This document shows positions 9,260 through 18,166 of a stretch of 64,000 bases of DNA, in pieces. The notes beneath the pieces were generated by a model, which was given only the letters and a program-made list of their open reading frames with translations, was not told the origin of the DNA and did not search any database. The DNA comes from a virus. Position 1 is the first letter of the stretch. Every line of letters begins with the position of its first letter. The DNA is taken from positions 27,892-91,891 of the IMG/VR virus record IMGVR_UViG_3300042518_001429, one strand, 5' to 3'. The translations under genes and the position numbers were made by a program.

Positions 9260-10708
9260 TTAGAGGTATGTAGCTGCTTGACCAGGTACGAACGATTGGC
9301 CCAAGCCGGTGCAGATTACCATGTGATAGTAAAGTGAAGCACCGAAGATGTGGTCAACAACACCATAACGTGTTAATAGACCTACTCTTGGACTGAAATC
9401 GTTAGGACCGATTGTGCGCTGAACCATGACAGGGATATATGGGCAGTATACGATACCTGTATCGTAGTACTCAGGGCCCTTATAACCTAACAGAGCATAG
9501 TCAACAGTTGCTGCGCGGCCTGCGGCGTAGCCAGCATTAGCGTAACTTTGTGTTGATTGTGCTTCTGTGCGTGTGTCACGATAGATTTGGAAACGGCCAC
9601 CAACTGAACCAACCTTGGCGATGCCAACAGGTGCTGTGTTAACAGAGCCTGTTACGGGCTGCCAGGTGAAGTTAGGAAGTGTTTCGAGGATTGCGCAGAT
9701 ACGTGGTGTAGCGATGATGAAGTTAGCAGCGCCACGACGGTTGCGAACAGCAACGCGGTTTGCTTCAACAACAATTCTGTTGTAGAAGTCACGGGCACGC
9801 TCACCTGACCAACGGCCGTCAGCTGAGATAGCTGACCATGTTGAATAGCCAACGCCAGCGCCAGCATTCAAGCATGTTTGGATCATACGAGCAATCATTT
9901 CACGGTCGATCTCAGCTTGAATTTCATATGACATAGCATTTGTTAATTCAGCATCGATGTCGATACCGTTCATGTTTCTTAAATCTTGTTCGAGTTCAAC
10001 GGACCACTTAGCTGCGAGACGGCGTGTACCGGCTTCAACTGCGGTCTTTTCAAACGAAACAGTTACTTGAGGAATGTTTGAAGTTAATTCAAACTGTGAG
10101 AGAAGGGCTGCAACACCTGAATCTTCACCAACAACCGCGAAGGCTGAGTTACCGGAAAGAGCTGCACTGGATACACCTGTGAAGGATGTATTCAGGTAGT
10201 TATAACCGATTTCTTTGCCTGTTACGTTTGCTTGGTTGTAGATTGAGTTAGCGGCTAAGCCGGAAGAATTACCGTCTGAACCGTTACTTGATGTGCCAAG
10301 TGCTGAACCTTCATACTTGTAGCGCATTGCGAATGCTAAGCCAACAGGACCAGTCATAGGCTGTACACCAACGATCTCATTTGTGATGAGCTCAGGGAAT
10401 GTACGGCGAATCATTGGGATGAGGACTTTTGGCAGACGTGCGTCACCAGTTGCGTAGGTATCGCGGTTAGGTACTGCGCCACCGTTGACATTTAAATTGC
10501 CACCTGTAGCACTAAATACTGAACCGTTACCAGCTACGTTTGATGCTTCAAAGCACCACTTTTCTTGGTTCTCAAGAAGGATAGCGGTGTTCAAGCGTGT
10601 GTGTTCGTCTGAGATAGCTGCAACTTTGTCTGAAGTGTAATCCAATACTGGAGTCCACTTCTCAACTAAAGCTTCAGCTCTCGATTTATCGATATGTAGA
10701 AGTTCCAT
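9260..10708 (-). CDS. gp23: Major capsid protein, T4 gp23-like
   Basis: LVEKW.PVL, ILLENQ, LIPMIRR, VGVQPMTGPVGLAFAMR, LAAKWSVELEQDL...GIDIDAEL, EIDRE, GYKG...DTG.VYCPY, P..F.PR.G..TRYG. Confidence 0.98.
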   Translation of the reverse strand: MELLHIDKSRAEALVEKWTPVLDYTSDKVAAISDEHTRLNTAILLENQEKWCFEASNVAGNGSVFSATGGNLNVNGGAVPNRDTYATGDARLPKVLIPMIRRTFPELITNEIVGVQPMTGPVGLAFAMRYKYEGSALGTSSNGSDGNSSGLAANSIYNQANVTGKEIGYNYLNTSFTGVSSAALSGNSAFAVVGEDSGVAALLSQFELTSNIPQVTVSFEKTAVEAGTRRLAAKWSVELEQDLRNMNGIDIDAELTNAMSYEIQAEIDREMIARMIQTCLNAGAGVGYSTWSAISADGRWSGERARDFYNRIVVEANRVAVRNRRGAANFIIATPRICAILETLPNFTWQPVTGSVNTAPVGIAKVGSVGGRFQIYRDTRTEAQSTQSYANAGYAAGRAATVDYALLGYKGPEYYDTGIVYCPYIPVMVQRTIGPNDFSPRVGLLTRYGVVDHIFGASLYYHMVICTGLGQSFVPGQAATYL

Positions 10709-10721
10709 AGTTATTTTATTT

Positions 10722-10727
10722 CTCCTT
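10722..10727 (-). promoter_or_regulatory. Shine-Dalgarno sequence of gp23
   Basis: AAGGAG 13 nt upstream of the ATG. Confidence 0.6.
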
Positions 10728-10774
10728 TATAAAAAGAATATTTTCGACCTTAATGTGAGGTATGAAGGATGACC

Positions 10775-11743
10775 TTAGTGTCTAAGTTTTAGCTTAGAGC
10801 CGTCAAGCTTCTTCATCTCATTCAGATATCCGCCAACAGGAGATTGACTCTCAACTATTGGTGCAGAAATGACCTCGTCTTGTGTCTCTGTTGCTTCGGG
10901 GCGGTCAACGGCCTCAACGATCCGTCTTGTAACCTTTTCCTTAGCATCTTCGACTTGTTCGGAGGTTTCTTTCTCGAACATCTCAACTACGTACTGATAG
11001 TTTTCTTGAATGTACTCGGGCGATTTGCCTCTGAGTAACTTACTGACATATGCCTTAGTACTTTGTGGCATATCTTTTGTTTTTTCTTCAAGCAAAATTT
11101 TGGCTTCAGCATTGTTTAACTTAGCGTTAAGTGCTGTGTTAGCCTCTAGTGCTTCATTTAATTCCTTCTTTAAGGAATCGATTGTTGTCTTACCATCGAT
11201 GAGAGCGTCTTTGATCTCTCCATTGATAAATTCTTCGTTAATACCAACAAGCTTACGAATCTCGTCAAGAACTTTGCGTGAGCGAATATTTTCAACAGCT
11301 TCATTTACTTGTGATGTTGGTACTACTTTTTCAAGATACAGATCCATGTAATTTGAAATCTCATCCACTAAACGTGAACGGAAGGATTCTGCTTCTTCTT
11401 TTAAAGTTGTTTCGTACTTCTCAACTACAGTCTCTAACTTTGCTGTGTGATCTTCGTCGATCTTTGTAAGTACTGCTTTGAGCTTTTGGGCGTGATCGAA
11501 ATCAATTGTCTCAACAAGTTTTTGAAGCTTTGCTGTGTGATCAGAATCGATTGACTCGATTAATGATTCGAGCTTAGCAGCGTGATCTTCATCGATCTTT
11601 GTTGTTGCTGCTTCAACAGCAAGTTCTGCTCTTTGTTCTGCTTTTTCATTTACAGCAGCTTCGAATGCTTCGTGTACTGCGGTTAAGGTTTCTTCTGTGA
11701 TGAGATCCTTAAACTGTTCTTTGAGAATTGATTTGAAGTCCAT
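10775..11743 (-). CDS. gp22: Prohead core scaffolding protein, gp22-like
   Basis: Acidic coiled coil with FEAAV and ISNYMDLYLE; lies between gp21 and gp23. Confidence 0.88.
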   Translation of the reverse strand: MDFKSILKEQFKDLITEETLTAVHEAFEAAVNEKAEQRAELAVEAATTKIDEDHAAKLESLIESIDSDHTAKLQKLVETIDFDHAQKLKAVLTKIDEDHTAKLETVVEKYETTLKEEAESFRSRLVDEISNYMDLYLEKVVPTSQVNEAVENIRSRKVLDEIRKLVGINEEFINGEIKDALIDGKTTIDSLKKELNEALEANTALNAKLNNAEAKILLEEKTKDMPQSTKAYVSKLLRGKSPEYIQENYQYVVEMFEKETSEQVEDAKEKVTRRIVEAVDRPEATETQDEVISAPIVESQSPVGGYLNEMKKLDGSKLKLRH

Positions 11744-11774
11744 ATTTGTTGTATATTTATTTATTCTAAAAGGG

Positions 11775-11924
11775 TTAATTTTCTTCTTGATTTATGTAAG
11801 AACGGATTTTATTTTTGATTTTAGCTTCAACGGCGTCTTGTAGAGCTTGTTGAGCTTCGGAGTAATCTTTATTGGCAATCTTACCAATGAAGCCGGTAAT
11901 AGTTTTTTGTTCTTCTTGTGTCAT
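11775..11924 (-). CDS. Small prohead core-type protein (49 aa), gp67/gp68-like by position
   Basis: Read by hand: MTQEEQKTITGFIGKIANKDYSEAQQALQDAVEAKIKNKIRSYINQEEN; fills the gp21-gp22 gap; below the ORF-track cutoff. Confidence 0.7.
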   Translation of the reverse strand: MTQEEQKTITGFIGKIANKDYSEAQQALQDAVEAKIKNKIRSYINQEEN

Positions 11925-11927
11925 ATG

Positions 11928-12602
11928 TTAACCTAATTTAATCTTGTTAATGAAACCAATCAAGGCCTCTCTTAAGAATGTATCTGTGCCGTGTTTAGGC
12001 ATGTTAGAAAGTTTTTCAGTAAGTTCTGCCTTAGCGCGTGCTGAGCACTCGATGATTGAACCATCGGGACGAATCATATACTCTCTTGACTCCATAACAG
12101 ATTCAAGCATAGCATTTTGTACTGAAGGCTGGTGAACAACATCCAAGCAAATAAGATGAAAATTTGAAACGTGCTTGGCATCTGACATCTCTTGAATGTT
12201 ACCTAAAGCACGGGATGAAATGCCCATTTTAATTCCATCAGTAATGAGGGACTTAAGAAGTTGACCCATTGGTGTATTGAGCACTTGGGACTTGCCCATG
12301 AAGTAATTACCATTCTGTTTTAACTCTGTAACAAGGTGACAGGCATTAACCGGGTTAACTTCAGTTGATTGTGGGTGATTCATTTCACCAATAGCTCTAC
12401 GGGACTTAACCATCTCATCAGTGTAACGGTTAACTTCTGTAATCATTTCGTCTAGTTTATAGATACGACCGTTTTGATTCTTTTGTTCGGCCATTAAGAA
12501 CGGACCGGTGATATAGAGTTTTTGTTCTCCTTGACGGTTTTTTTCCTCGATCATGAAATCAAGTCCGTCATGGATGTCTTCGACTAAAAATTTAAGTCCC
12601 AT
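11928..12602 (-). CDS. gp21: Prohead protease, gp21-like
   Basis: LYITGPFLMAE.KN.NGRIY, RAIGEMNHP, TPMG, GISSRALG, DVVHQPS..NA. Confidence 0.96.
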   Translation of the reverse strand: MGLKFLVEDIHDGLDFMIEEKNRQGEQKLYITGPFLMAEQKNQNGRIYKLDEMITEVNRYTDEMVKSRRAIGEMNHPQSTEVNPVNACHLVTELKQNGNYFMGKSQVLNTPMGQLLKSLITDGIKMGISSRALGNIQEMSDAKHVSNFHLICLDVVHQPSVQNAMLESVMESREYMIRPDGSIIECSARAKAELTEKLSNMPKHGTDTFLREALIGFINKIKLG

Positions 12603-12668
12603 ATGTTTCTATTATTTAATCTACCAGGTTGTAATTTCTCCAGTTAAAATAGCATAAATATTGCTACT

Positions 12669-13550
12669 ATGTTTACAGCACTATTAGCTTTTACAGCTTT
12701 ATTGGTAGCCGGTTGCGGGGCTTATTTTTCCGTTCTCGGCATAGCAACACTATTCTCTGGTCACTTTTGGCAGGTAGCCATTATGGCCGGGTCTTTAGAA
12801 CTAGGTAAATTAGTCGCAACCTCTTTCTTGTATCGTTATTGGAAGAAGATTATTTGGTTCTTAAAAGTTTATATGATAACAGCTGTTTTGGTGCTCATGG
12901 TTATTACCTCTATGGGTATCTTTGGTTATCTGTCTTCAGGTTATCAAGTTAATGCTGGTAAGACTGAATTAATTGATAATAAAGTATCTCTTATTGAGCA
13001 ACAAAAAACAAACATTAAAAATGAAATTGACCAAATCAACGCGCGTATTACTACGCTTAATGAGGCTCGTAAATCTCAGGAAGCTCGTCTCCCGCAAATG
13101 TCACGCCGCTCTGCAGCACCCGTCTATGAGGACATGGCTAGAGCAGCAGAAGAGATCAAGGGTTTAACAGCTAGAGCTCAAGAGCTTCAAACAACAGTAT
13201 TTGAAAAAGATAATGAACTCATTACATTGAGTAGTGAAGGTAATGAAGTACATGATATTGGTACATTTAAGTTTGTAGCTGAATCTGTTGGCTTACCTCT
13301 CGATACTGTAGTAAAGATTTTTATTATCTGTATTGTTTTAGTATTTGATCCTTTAGCGGTAGCTTTAGTGTTAGCTTATAATATTGCCCGTGGTGGTTCT
13401 ATTCTAAAAGAAACTAAATCAACTAAACAGCTTTTAGTTGATGAGCCTGTTCCTGCACAGCCTAAGACTAAGACAATTATAACAGAAGAGATTATTGAAG
13501 AAGTTGTTCCTGATTCAGGAAAGACTAGAAAGTATTCTTCAAAGGCCTAA
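12669..13550 (+). CDS. Membrane protein (three N-terminal TM segments, coiled coil, C-terminal TM)
   Basis: Hydrophobic segments; motifs LE.GKLV, TS.GIFGYLS and IVLVFDPLAV; CATAAATA upstream. Confidence 0.75.
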   Translation: MFTALLAFTALLVAGCGAYFSVLGIATLFSGHFWQVAIMAGSLELGKLVATSFLYRYWKKIIWFLKVYMITAVLVLMVITSMGIFGYLSSGYQVNAGKTELIDNKVSLIEQQKTNIKNEIDQINARITTLNEARKSQEARLPQMSRRSAAPVYEDMARAAEEIKGLTARAQELQTTVFEKDNELITLSSEGNEVHDIGTFKFVAESVGLPLDTVVKIFIICIVLVFDPLAVALVLAYNIARGGSILKETKSTKQLLVDEPVPAQPKTKTIITEEIIEEVVPDSGKTRKYSSKA

Positions 13551-13991
13551 ATGCTTTTCAGTAAGCACTACAAACTCTGAGCCCTTCTTAGTTGCAAACT
13601 GTGTTGCTGCCTGCCACTTTGCTTGATTCTTAACATACTCGGCTTGACGTCTAAGTAAGGCTCTAGTATTTTTACCCGGTTTAGGTGGCAGTGTTTGAAT
13701 AGAGGGTTTTATTTCAACGAGATATTTTTTAAGTTCGCCGTTTTTGTTTCTTAAAGTTATGTTAAAGTCTACAAAGTATCTAGATACTTTTTGCGTAAGA
13801 GGGTTTTGATACGGTACTATAACTGATTCTGAGCCCCAAGTAAGTACAGCTGGGTTGTGATCACACCAGCGCATGAATTTAATTTCGTAGGATGAACGAT
13901 AGAGTACAGGCAGAGTGCCTTTATATTTGTCTTTATTGACAGGGTTGAAGATACCTTGCTTAAACTTAGATGTTCTTTTTCTTTGTAGCAT
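13539..13991 (-). CDS. gp4: Head completion nuclease, gp4-like (TnsA/PD-(D/E)xK fold)
   Basis: F.P.N..KYKG, YRSS.E..FM.WCD, WGSE...PY, RYFVDF, EIKP..QT, N.AKW.AA, LTE. The ATG at 13991 overlaps the upstream TAA. Confidence 0.95.
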   Translation of the reverse strand: MLQRKRTSKFKQGIFNPVNKDKYKGTLPVLYRSSYEIKFMRWCDHNPAVLTWGSESVIVPYQNPLTQKVSRYFVDFNITLRNKNGELKKYLVEIKPSIQTLPPKPGKNTRALLRRQAEYVKNQAKWQAATQFATKKGSEFVVLTEKHLGL

Positions 13992-14272
13992 TACCAATCC
14001 TTACAGGCTTGATAGCGAGGGGTGCCTGGTTTAGCTGATGAGCATTTATGACGGGCTCTGAAAGATTTTTTACGTTTGGTGTTACCAGATTTACCGGTAA
14101 CTCTAACACCGGCTTGACCCCAGTGAATACGTTTATAGCCACCGCCCGGAGCTTTAACACACTTCATCCACTTCTTTCCAGGACGAGTTGATGAAGCTTT
14201 CTTAGTTACTTTTTTACAACGAGCTGATTTAGCTTCTTCTAAAATTTCTAATACTGTATTGTTAAAGTCCAT
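13991..14272 (-). CDS. Small basic Cys/His protein, probably head-internal
   Basis: 93 aa; KKWM, IHWGQ.G, RKKSFRARHKC...RY.AC..W; acidic N-terminal leader. Confidence 0.7.
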   Translation of the reverse strand: MDFNNTVLEILEEAKSARCKKVTKKASSTRPGKKWMKCVKAPGGGYKRIHWGQAGVRVTGKSGNTKRKKSFRARHKCSSAKPGTPRYQACKDW

Positions 14273-14280
14273 AAAAGTAA

Positions 14281-15141
14281 TTATCCAATAAAGAACATAG
14301 CACCAGTGACATCCTCGTAAGTGTTTTTTAATTCAGCTTCTAAAGCGTCTCTTTCAGCAATACCCTGAGACATAAAGTCTTGATAGTTAACTTGTCCGCC
14401 ACCGAAGAGATTTGTACCACCGAATTTACCTCTTACGTTACCAACTATAACCTTTGAAAGAGCTAAAGCATATCTGTAAATCCATCTCTCATTAATAAGA
14501 TCTTTAACAGGTCTTTCAAGATAGCAGCCAACAACACCAAGATAGGATTGTTCGAGAATAGGTTCAGGAAGAATTCTAAGAATCTGACTTTTAGGATCAA
14601 ATCTATAGTGAGGGGTCATTGCTAGGACTTTATTTCTAGTATCAATAAATCCTTTAAGTACTTCCCAAGTTACCAAGTCAAAACCGAAGTTACCGACCAT
14701 ATAACTAGAATAGATTTGCTGGGCCATGGCCTGCTCTAGCGTAAAGAGTGTATTAATGCCTGTAGTTTCACCGTATGTAAAAGAGAAGCAATCTAACACT
14801 CTTCTATAGGAGTTTAAATCATAATCATACCCTGCTGACAGGCCTGGTGTTAATGACTTATACATCTCCGGGGTTTGATTAATGAGAGTTGCTACATCAA
14901 TGCCGACACCTCTTGTATATTTCTTGGAATCAAATACTAAGAATTCCTCTGTGTATCCGGCATACTTGGTAAAGAATTCCATAGCCTGGGCAATACAATC
15001 GTAAATCTGTTCATTAGCTATTTCAACGTTAACTAGAGGTTCGCCCATTTGACGACGAATTCTTTGAGCCAAGGCATCGTAACTTGTAATAACAGAGTTA
15101 AAGTTAGTAGATCCGGAAGTATATCTTGGCAAAACGTTCAT
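14281..15141 (-). CDS. gp13: Neck protein, gp13-like
   Basis: RQMG.P.VNVEI...QI.DCI..A, WI..YA.AL.K...G..RGKF, C-terminal FFIG. Confidence 0.92.
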   Translation of the reverse strand: MNVLPRYTSGSTNFNSVITSYDALAQRIRRQMGEPLVNVEIANEQIYDCIAQAMEFFTKYAGYTEEFLVFDSKKYTRGVGIDVATLINQTPEMYKSLTPGLSAGYDYDLNSYRRVLDCFSFTYGETTGINTLFTLEQAMAQQIYSSYMVGNFGFDLVTWEVLKGFIDTRNKVLAMTPHYRFDPKSQILRILPEPILEQSYLGVVGCYLERPVKDLINERWIYRYALALSKVIVGNVRGKFGGTNLFGGGQVNYQDFMSQGIAERDALEAELKNTYEDVTGAMFFIG

Positions 15142-15154
15142 ATTAGTTATTTAA

Positions 15155-15868
15155 TTATATTTCTTTTAACCCTCCGTAGTAACCATAAGGTTCAGTTTTT
15201 TCTTGATTAGTTATTAGATCTTGATCAACGATACATTTAGCTGCCTTATCATTTGATTGCTCGTAAGGTTGTACCAACTCTTCAGGGTTAGCTCCTCCAG
15301 CTTCTCTTCCGTACTCTTCATCATCGTTAAACTGCACATTAAGAGGCTCTGCTTTTGTACCAGGCTCGTATGAGTATTCCCAACGCTTACATTTTATAAC
15401 CCAGATGTAATGACCCATAAGCTGGTTGGCATTAAATTGTAAGTTTTGATCGTCTCGTTCTGTTATTTCGTATACTGGGGCACCTCTGCCTCCAGGTCGA
15501 TCACCTGCACCACCATATTCTTTTAACTCAATAAGGTCTCCAGCTTTTGGTTCTCTATATGTTCCAAAGAACTCTTGGAAGGATGAAATATGTAACACAC
15601 AAGTCATATCACAGTCAGCCATGATACCAAATTTAGAAAGCATAATGGCATCATTGGTAATATCAGTGAGCATTACAATAGGTCCAGCACTTACGAAAGG
15701 TGTTGTTGGATCTTCTCCGTAGAGGTAGTAATGAGAGGAAAGAGTGTAGCCATGGGTGTAGTAAGTTACTTCTGCACCATAATGCTCAATCTGTTCTTTC
15801 CAATAACCGGAGACTAAATTTCTCTCGTTATCGTTTATTGTTTTGTCTAGATAACGAACTTTTTGCAT
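15155..15868 (-). CDS. gp14: Neck/head-closure protein, gp14-like
   Basis: EQI..YG..V.Y, LYGEDP, LSKFG, P..GDLI, Y.W.IKCKRWEYS.E; adjacent to gp13. Confidence 0.88.
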   Translation of the reverse strand: MQKVRYLDKTINDNERNLVSGYWKEQIEHYGAEVTYYTHGYTLSSHYYLYGEDPTTPFVSAGPIVMLTDITNDAIMLSKFGIMADCDMTCVLHISSFQEFFGTYREPKAGDLIELKEYGGAGDRPGGRGAPVYEITERDDQNLQFNANQLMGHYIWVIKCKRWEYSYEPGTKAEPLNVQFNDDEEYGREAGGANPEELVQPYEQSNDKAAKCIVDQDLITNQEKTEPYGYYGGLKEI

Positions 15869-15869
15869 G

Positions 15870-16448
15870 TTAGATTGTTGTTAGTTTTTTAATACCTTTT
15901 TTAAGAGAAGTTTTATGCTTTAATTTTGTTGGGTCTTTGTAAAGCTTTTCTAAATCTGATTTTGCTTCACCGAGAAATCTAGGCTTCTTTACCCATTTTT
16001 CTGTAAAGGGATGGTAGATGGCTGGATATCTTTCCTGATCTAAGTCTCTAATAGTAGGAATATAATGAATAGGGTGTTGAGTGCCAGTAGCTAGTCTTCC
16101 GTTTAGTTCTTTAATTGTCTGAAGAATTCTCTCTTTAAGCATATCATCCAAGTTTGTCTTATTAATCAAGACTAGAATGTTTATAGAACATTTTTCAGAG
16201 GAGTTTTCTTCTAATACAGGACCAACAATAAAGTAATCCCAAACTCTTTTTCTAGCATATTCTTGTTCTGCAGAATTAATACGATCGATATCTTGAAGTA
16301 TTTGGGTTTTTACACCAGGCTGTAATTTTGGATCTCCTCCACCAGGGAGGAAATACCAAACACGAGGGTCTAAAGAATTAGGAGCTACAGGATCTGTATG
16401 ATAAGGGAGATAAGCTTTATCGAATTCCTCTTGAAACAATTTCTTCAT
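15870..16448 (-). CDS. Hypothetical protein, possibly a degenerate pol-beta-type nucleotidyltransferase fold
   Basis: LDPRVW...KL.P.VK.QIL...DYFIVGPVL..N.SEKCSINILVLI...Y......W.K.P layout; canonical GS and DxD are absent. Confidence 0.5.
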   Translation of the reverse strand: MKKLFQEEFDKAYLPYHTDPVAPNSLDPRVWYFLPGGGDPKLQPGVKTQILQDIDRINSAEQEYARKRVWDYFIVGPVLEENSSEKCSINILVLINKTNLDDMLKERILQTIKELNGRLATGTQHPIHYIPTIRDLDQERYPAIYHPFTEKWVKKPRFLGEAKSDLEKLYKDPTKLKHKTSLKKGIKKLTTI

Positions 16449-16473
16449 ATATTGTATTTAAGCTTTTCTCTAT

Positions 16474-16507
16474 AAACAGAAACGGCCCCTTACGGGGCCG
16501 TCTTTTT
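16474..16507. terminator. Rho-independent terminator
   Basis: Perfect 8-bp stem ACGGCCCC-GTAA-GGGGCCGT, followed by TTCTGTTT on the minus strand and CTTTTT on the plus strand. Confidence 0.88.
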
Positions 16508-16525
16508 AATTTCTGTTAATAATTC

Positions 16526-17317
16526 TTATTTGAAGAATTCGCCCTTTTTGACGTTACCTACTTCAGCTTTACCTTTTGGATTTTGAAGTGCTTTGTCAAA
16601 TGATTTAGCAGGCTTGAGTTCTGGATCTGATTCAACATCACCGCCGTGAGCTTTACCGCCGTGAGGTTTTACTGATCCGGCTTTGTTGTTCTTGTTTTGA
16701 AGAACTTTACTCTTATCGCCGAGCGGCTTTAATTCAGTAGCTTCACCCATTGGCTTCTCTTCTTCTTTTTCTTCTGATTCTACTTCTTCTTCAGCTGATT
16801 CGTCACCGAATTCCATCTCAGCTTCGTCTTCTTTTTCTTCTGAACCAGCCTCGTCAGTTACTTTATCGAGAATTGTTTGAAGCTTACCCATAAGATCTTT
16901 AAGATCTGAAACGAGATCTGACACTTCATCAGCTTCACCTTCGAGCTCGTCTACCATCTCTTCGTTTGAGGTTGGTACTTCAACTTCCATTGAATCAGCG
17001 GCCATATCTTCCATCATGTCTTCGTTGATTGTGGCTTTGAAAAGCTTTTCAAATGAACCTTCAAATGACTTCTTAGGAGCTTCTTCTACTGAATCCTTAA
17101 GAACTTTTGGAGCAGCAGCTTTAACGTCTGTGCCTTCAGCTTCTTCTGGCTTTTCAACGTCTTTAACCTTATCTGGGCCTTGGCCTGATACTGGTTGTGC
17201 TTTCTTACCGTGAATCATTGCGTCTAATTCTTTTTCGCCTTTAACTTTGTTAGAAGGAACTGATTCAGAAACTAGAACCTTTGATGCATAGATTTCTTCG
17301 AGAGGATTTTTCTTCAT
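16526..17317 (-). CDS. Acidic Glu/Lys-rich prohead core/internal-protein-like protein
   Basis: 263 aa, low complexity and E/K/D-rich; has its own TAAATA box and terminator, which suggests high expression. Confidence 0.65.
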   Translation of the reverse strand: MKKNPLEEIYASKVLVSESVPSNKVKGEKELDAMIHGKKAQPVSGQGPDKVKDVEKPEEAEGTDVKAAAPKVLKDSVEEAPKKSFEGSFEKLFKATINEDMMEDMAADSMEVEVPTSNEEMVDELEGEADEVSDLVSDLKDLMGKLQTILDKVTDEAGSEEKEDEAEMEFGDESAEEEVESEEKEEEKPMGEATELKPLGDKSKVLQNKNNKAGSVKPHGGKAHGGDVESDPELKPAKSFDKALQNPKGKAEVGNVKKGEFFK

Positions 17318-17353
17318 ATGTTGTAATTATATTTATTCTAGAGGGGGAGATTT

Positions 17354-17599
17354 TTAAGGTATAATAAGTGTAGAAAGAGTTAAAAAGGTTGTACTTAAAG
17401 AATTATATGTAGTACCTACGGCCCCAATACCTGTTAAAGTTTGTATAAGTGTGTTATGCTGGTTTTTTAATAATATATTAGATGCACTTACCGCTAAAAT
17501 AGCGTTATTTAAGTTAACGTAATTACTGTTAATTGTAGGGAGTGTGTCTCCCATACATTGATCTTCATTTATTTCTGTTACAAAGGTATATACTGCCAT
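17354..17599 (-). CDS. Small coiled-coil fibre-anchor protein
   Basis: QCMGDTLPTINSNY motif shared with other fibres in this window. Confidence 0.65.
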   Translation of the reverse strand: MAVYTFVTEINEDQCMGDTLPTINSNYVNLNNAILAVSASNILLKNQHNTLIQTLTGIGAVGTTYNSLSTTFLTLSTLIIP

Positions 17600-17607
17600 A
17601 TTGTTAT

Positions 17608-18150
17608 TTAGTTATTAAAGAATGTTAAGCAAATAAGAGAAGGATCAATAGCAGCTCCTTGTAAGTTGCGTACAATAATTCGGCAGCTTTGATTACCCGG
17701 GCTAGGGAACGGATTAGTTGGATGTAAATTTATAACTCCAGTATAATCTGTACCGGTTGTACCTGGTGGTAGTGGGGACGTTATACCACATACAGAGAAT
17801 TCATTACCGATAGGGCTCGTTAATGTTGTAAGATATATACCCGTATCTTCTCGCAAGACACTTGCAACATTATAGCTGTTTTCTATTTTACGATTAGTAT
17901 TAAGAGAGTCAGGGGCACCGCTTGAATTTTGCCGCGGGTTGAACTTTACCCAGGCTTTTGCAAGTTGGGCTGTAGATATAGAATTGAAAAAAGTTGTTAA
18001 GGTATTTAGTGTGCTATTAATCGTTGTAAGATCTGTATTAACACTTGTAAAAGAGTTTTTAATATTATCATAATTTGTGTTGATTGTAACGAGAGAGTTA
18101 CCAACACATTCAGTTTTAGGTATTACGGTTATTGCGGGTACGGTAGCCAT
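17608..18150 (-). CDS. Short fibre protein (anchor, coiled coil, knob)
   Basis: ECVGNSLVTINTNY; C-terminal AKAWVKF...SYNVASV....TG.Y knob motif typical of phage fibres. Confidence 0.7.
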   Translation of the reverse strand: MATVPAITVIPKTECVGNSLVTINTNYDNIKNSFTSVNTDLTTINSTLNTLTTFFNSISTAQLAKAWVKFNPRQNSSGAPDSLNTNRKIENSYNVASVLREDTGIYLTTLTSPIGNEFSVCGITSPLPPGTTGTDYTGVINLHPTNPFPSPGNQSCRIIVRNLQGAAIDPSLICLTFFNN

Positions 18151-18166
18151 TCTATGTTATATTTAT

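Noticed and set aside
9260-12602. Higher GC of the head genes as a sign of horizontal transfer
   Set aside because: It is better explained by codon bias in highly expressed genes and by amino-acid composition; unlike 31951-32508, there are no sharp intragenic borders.
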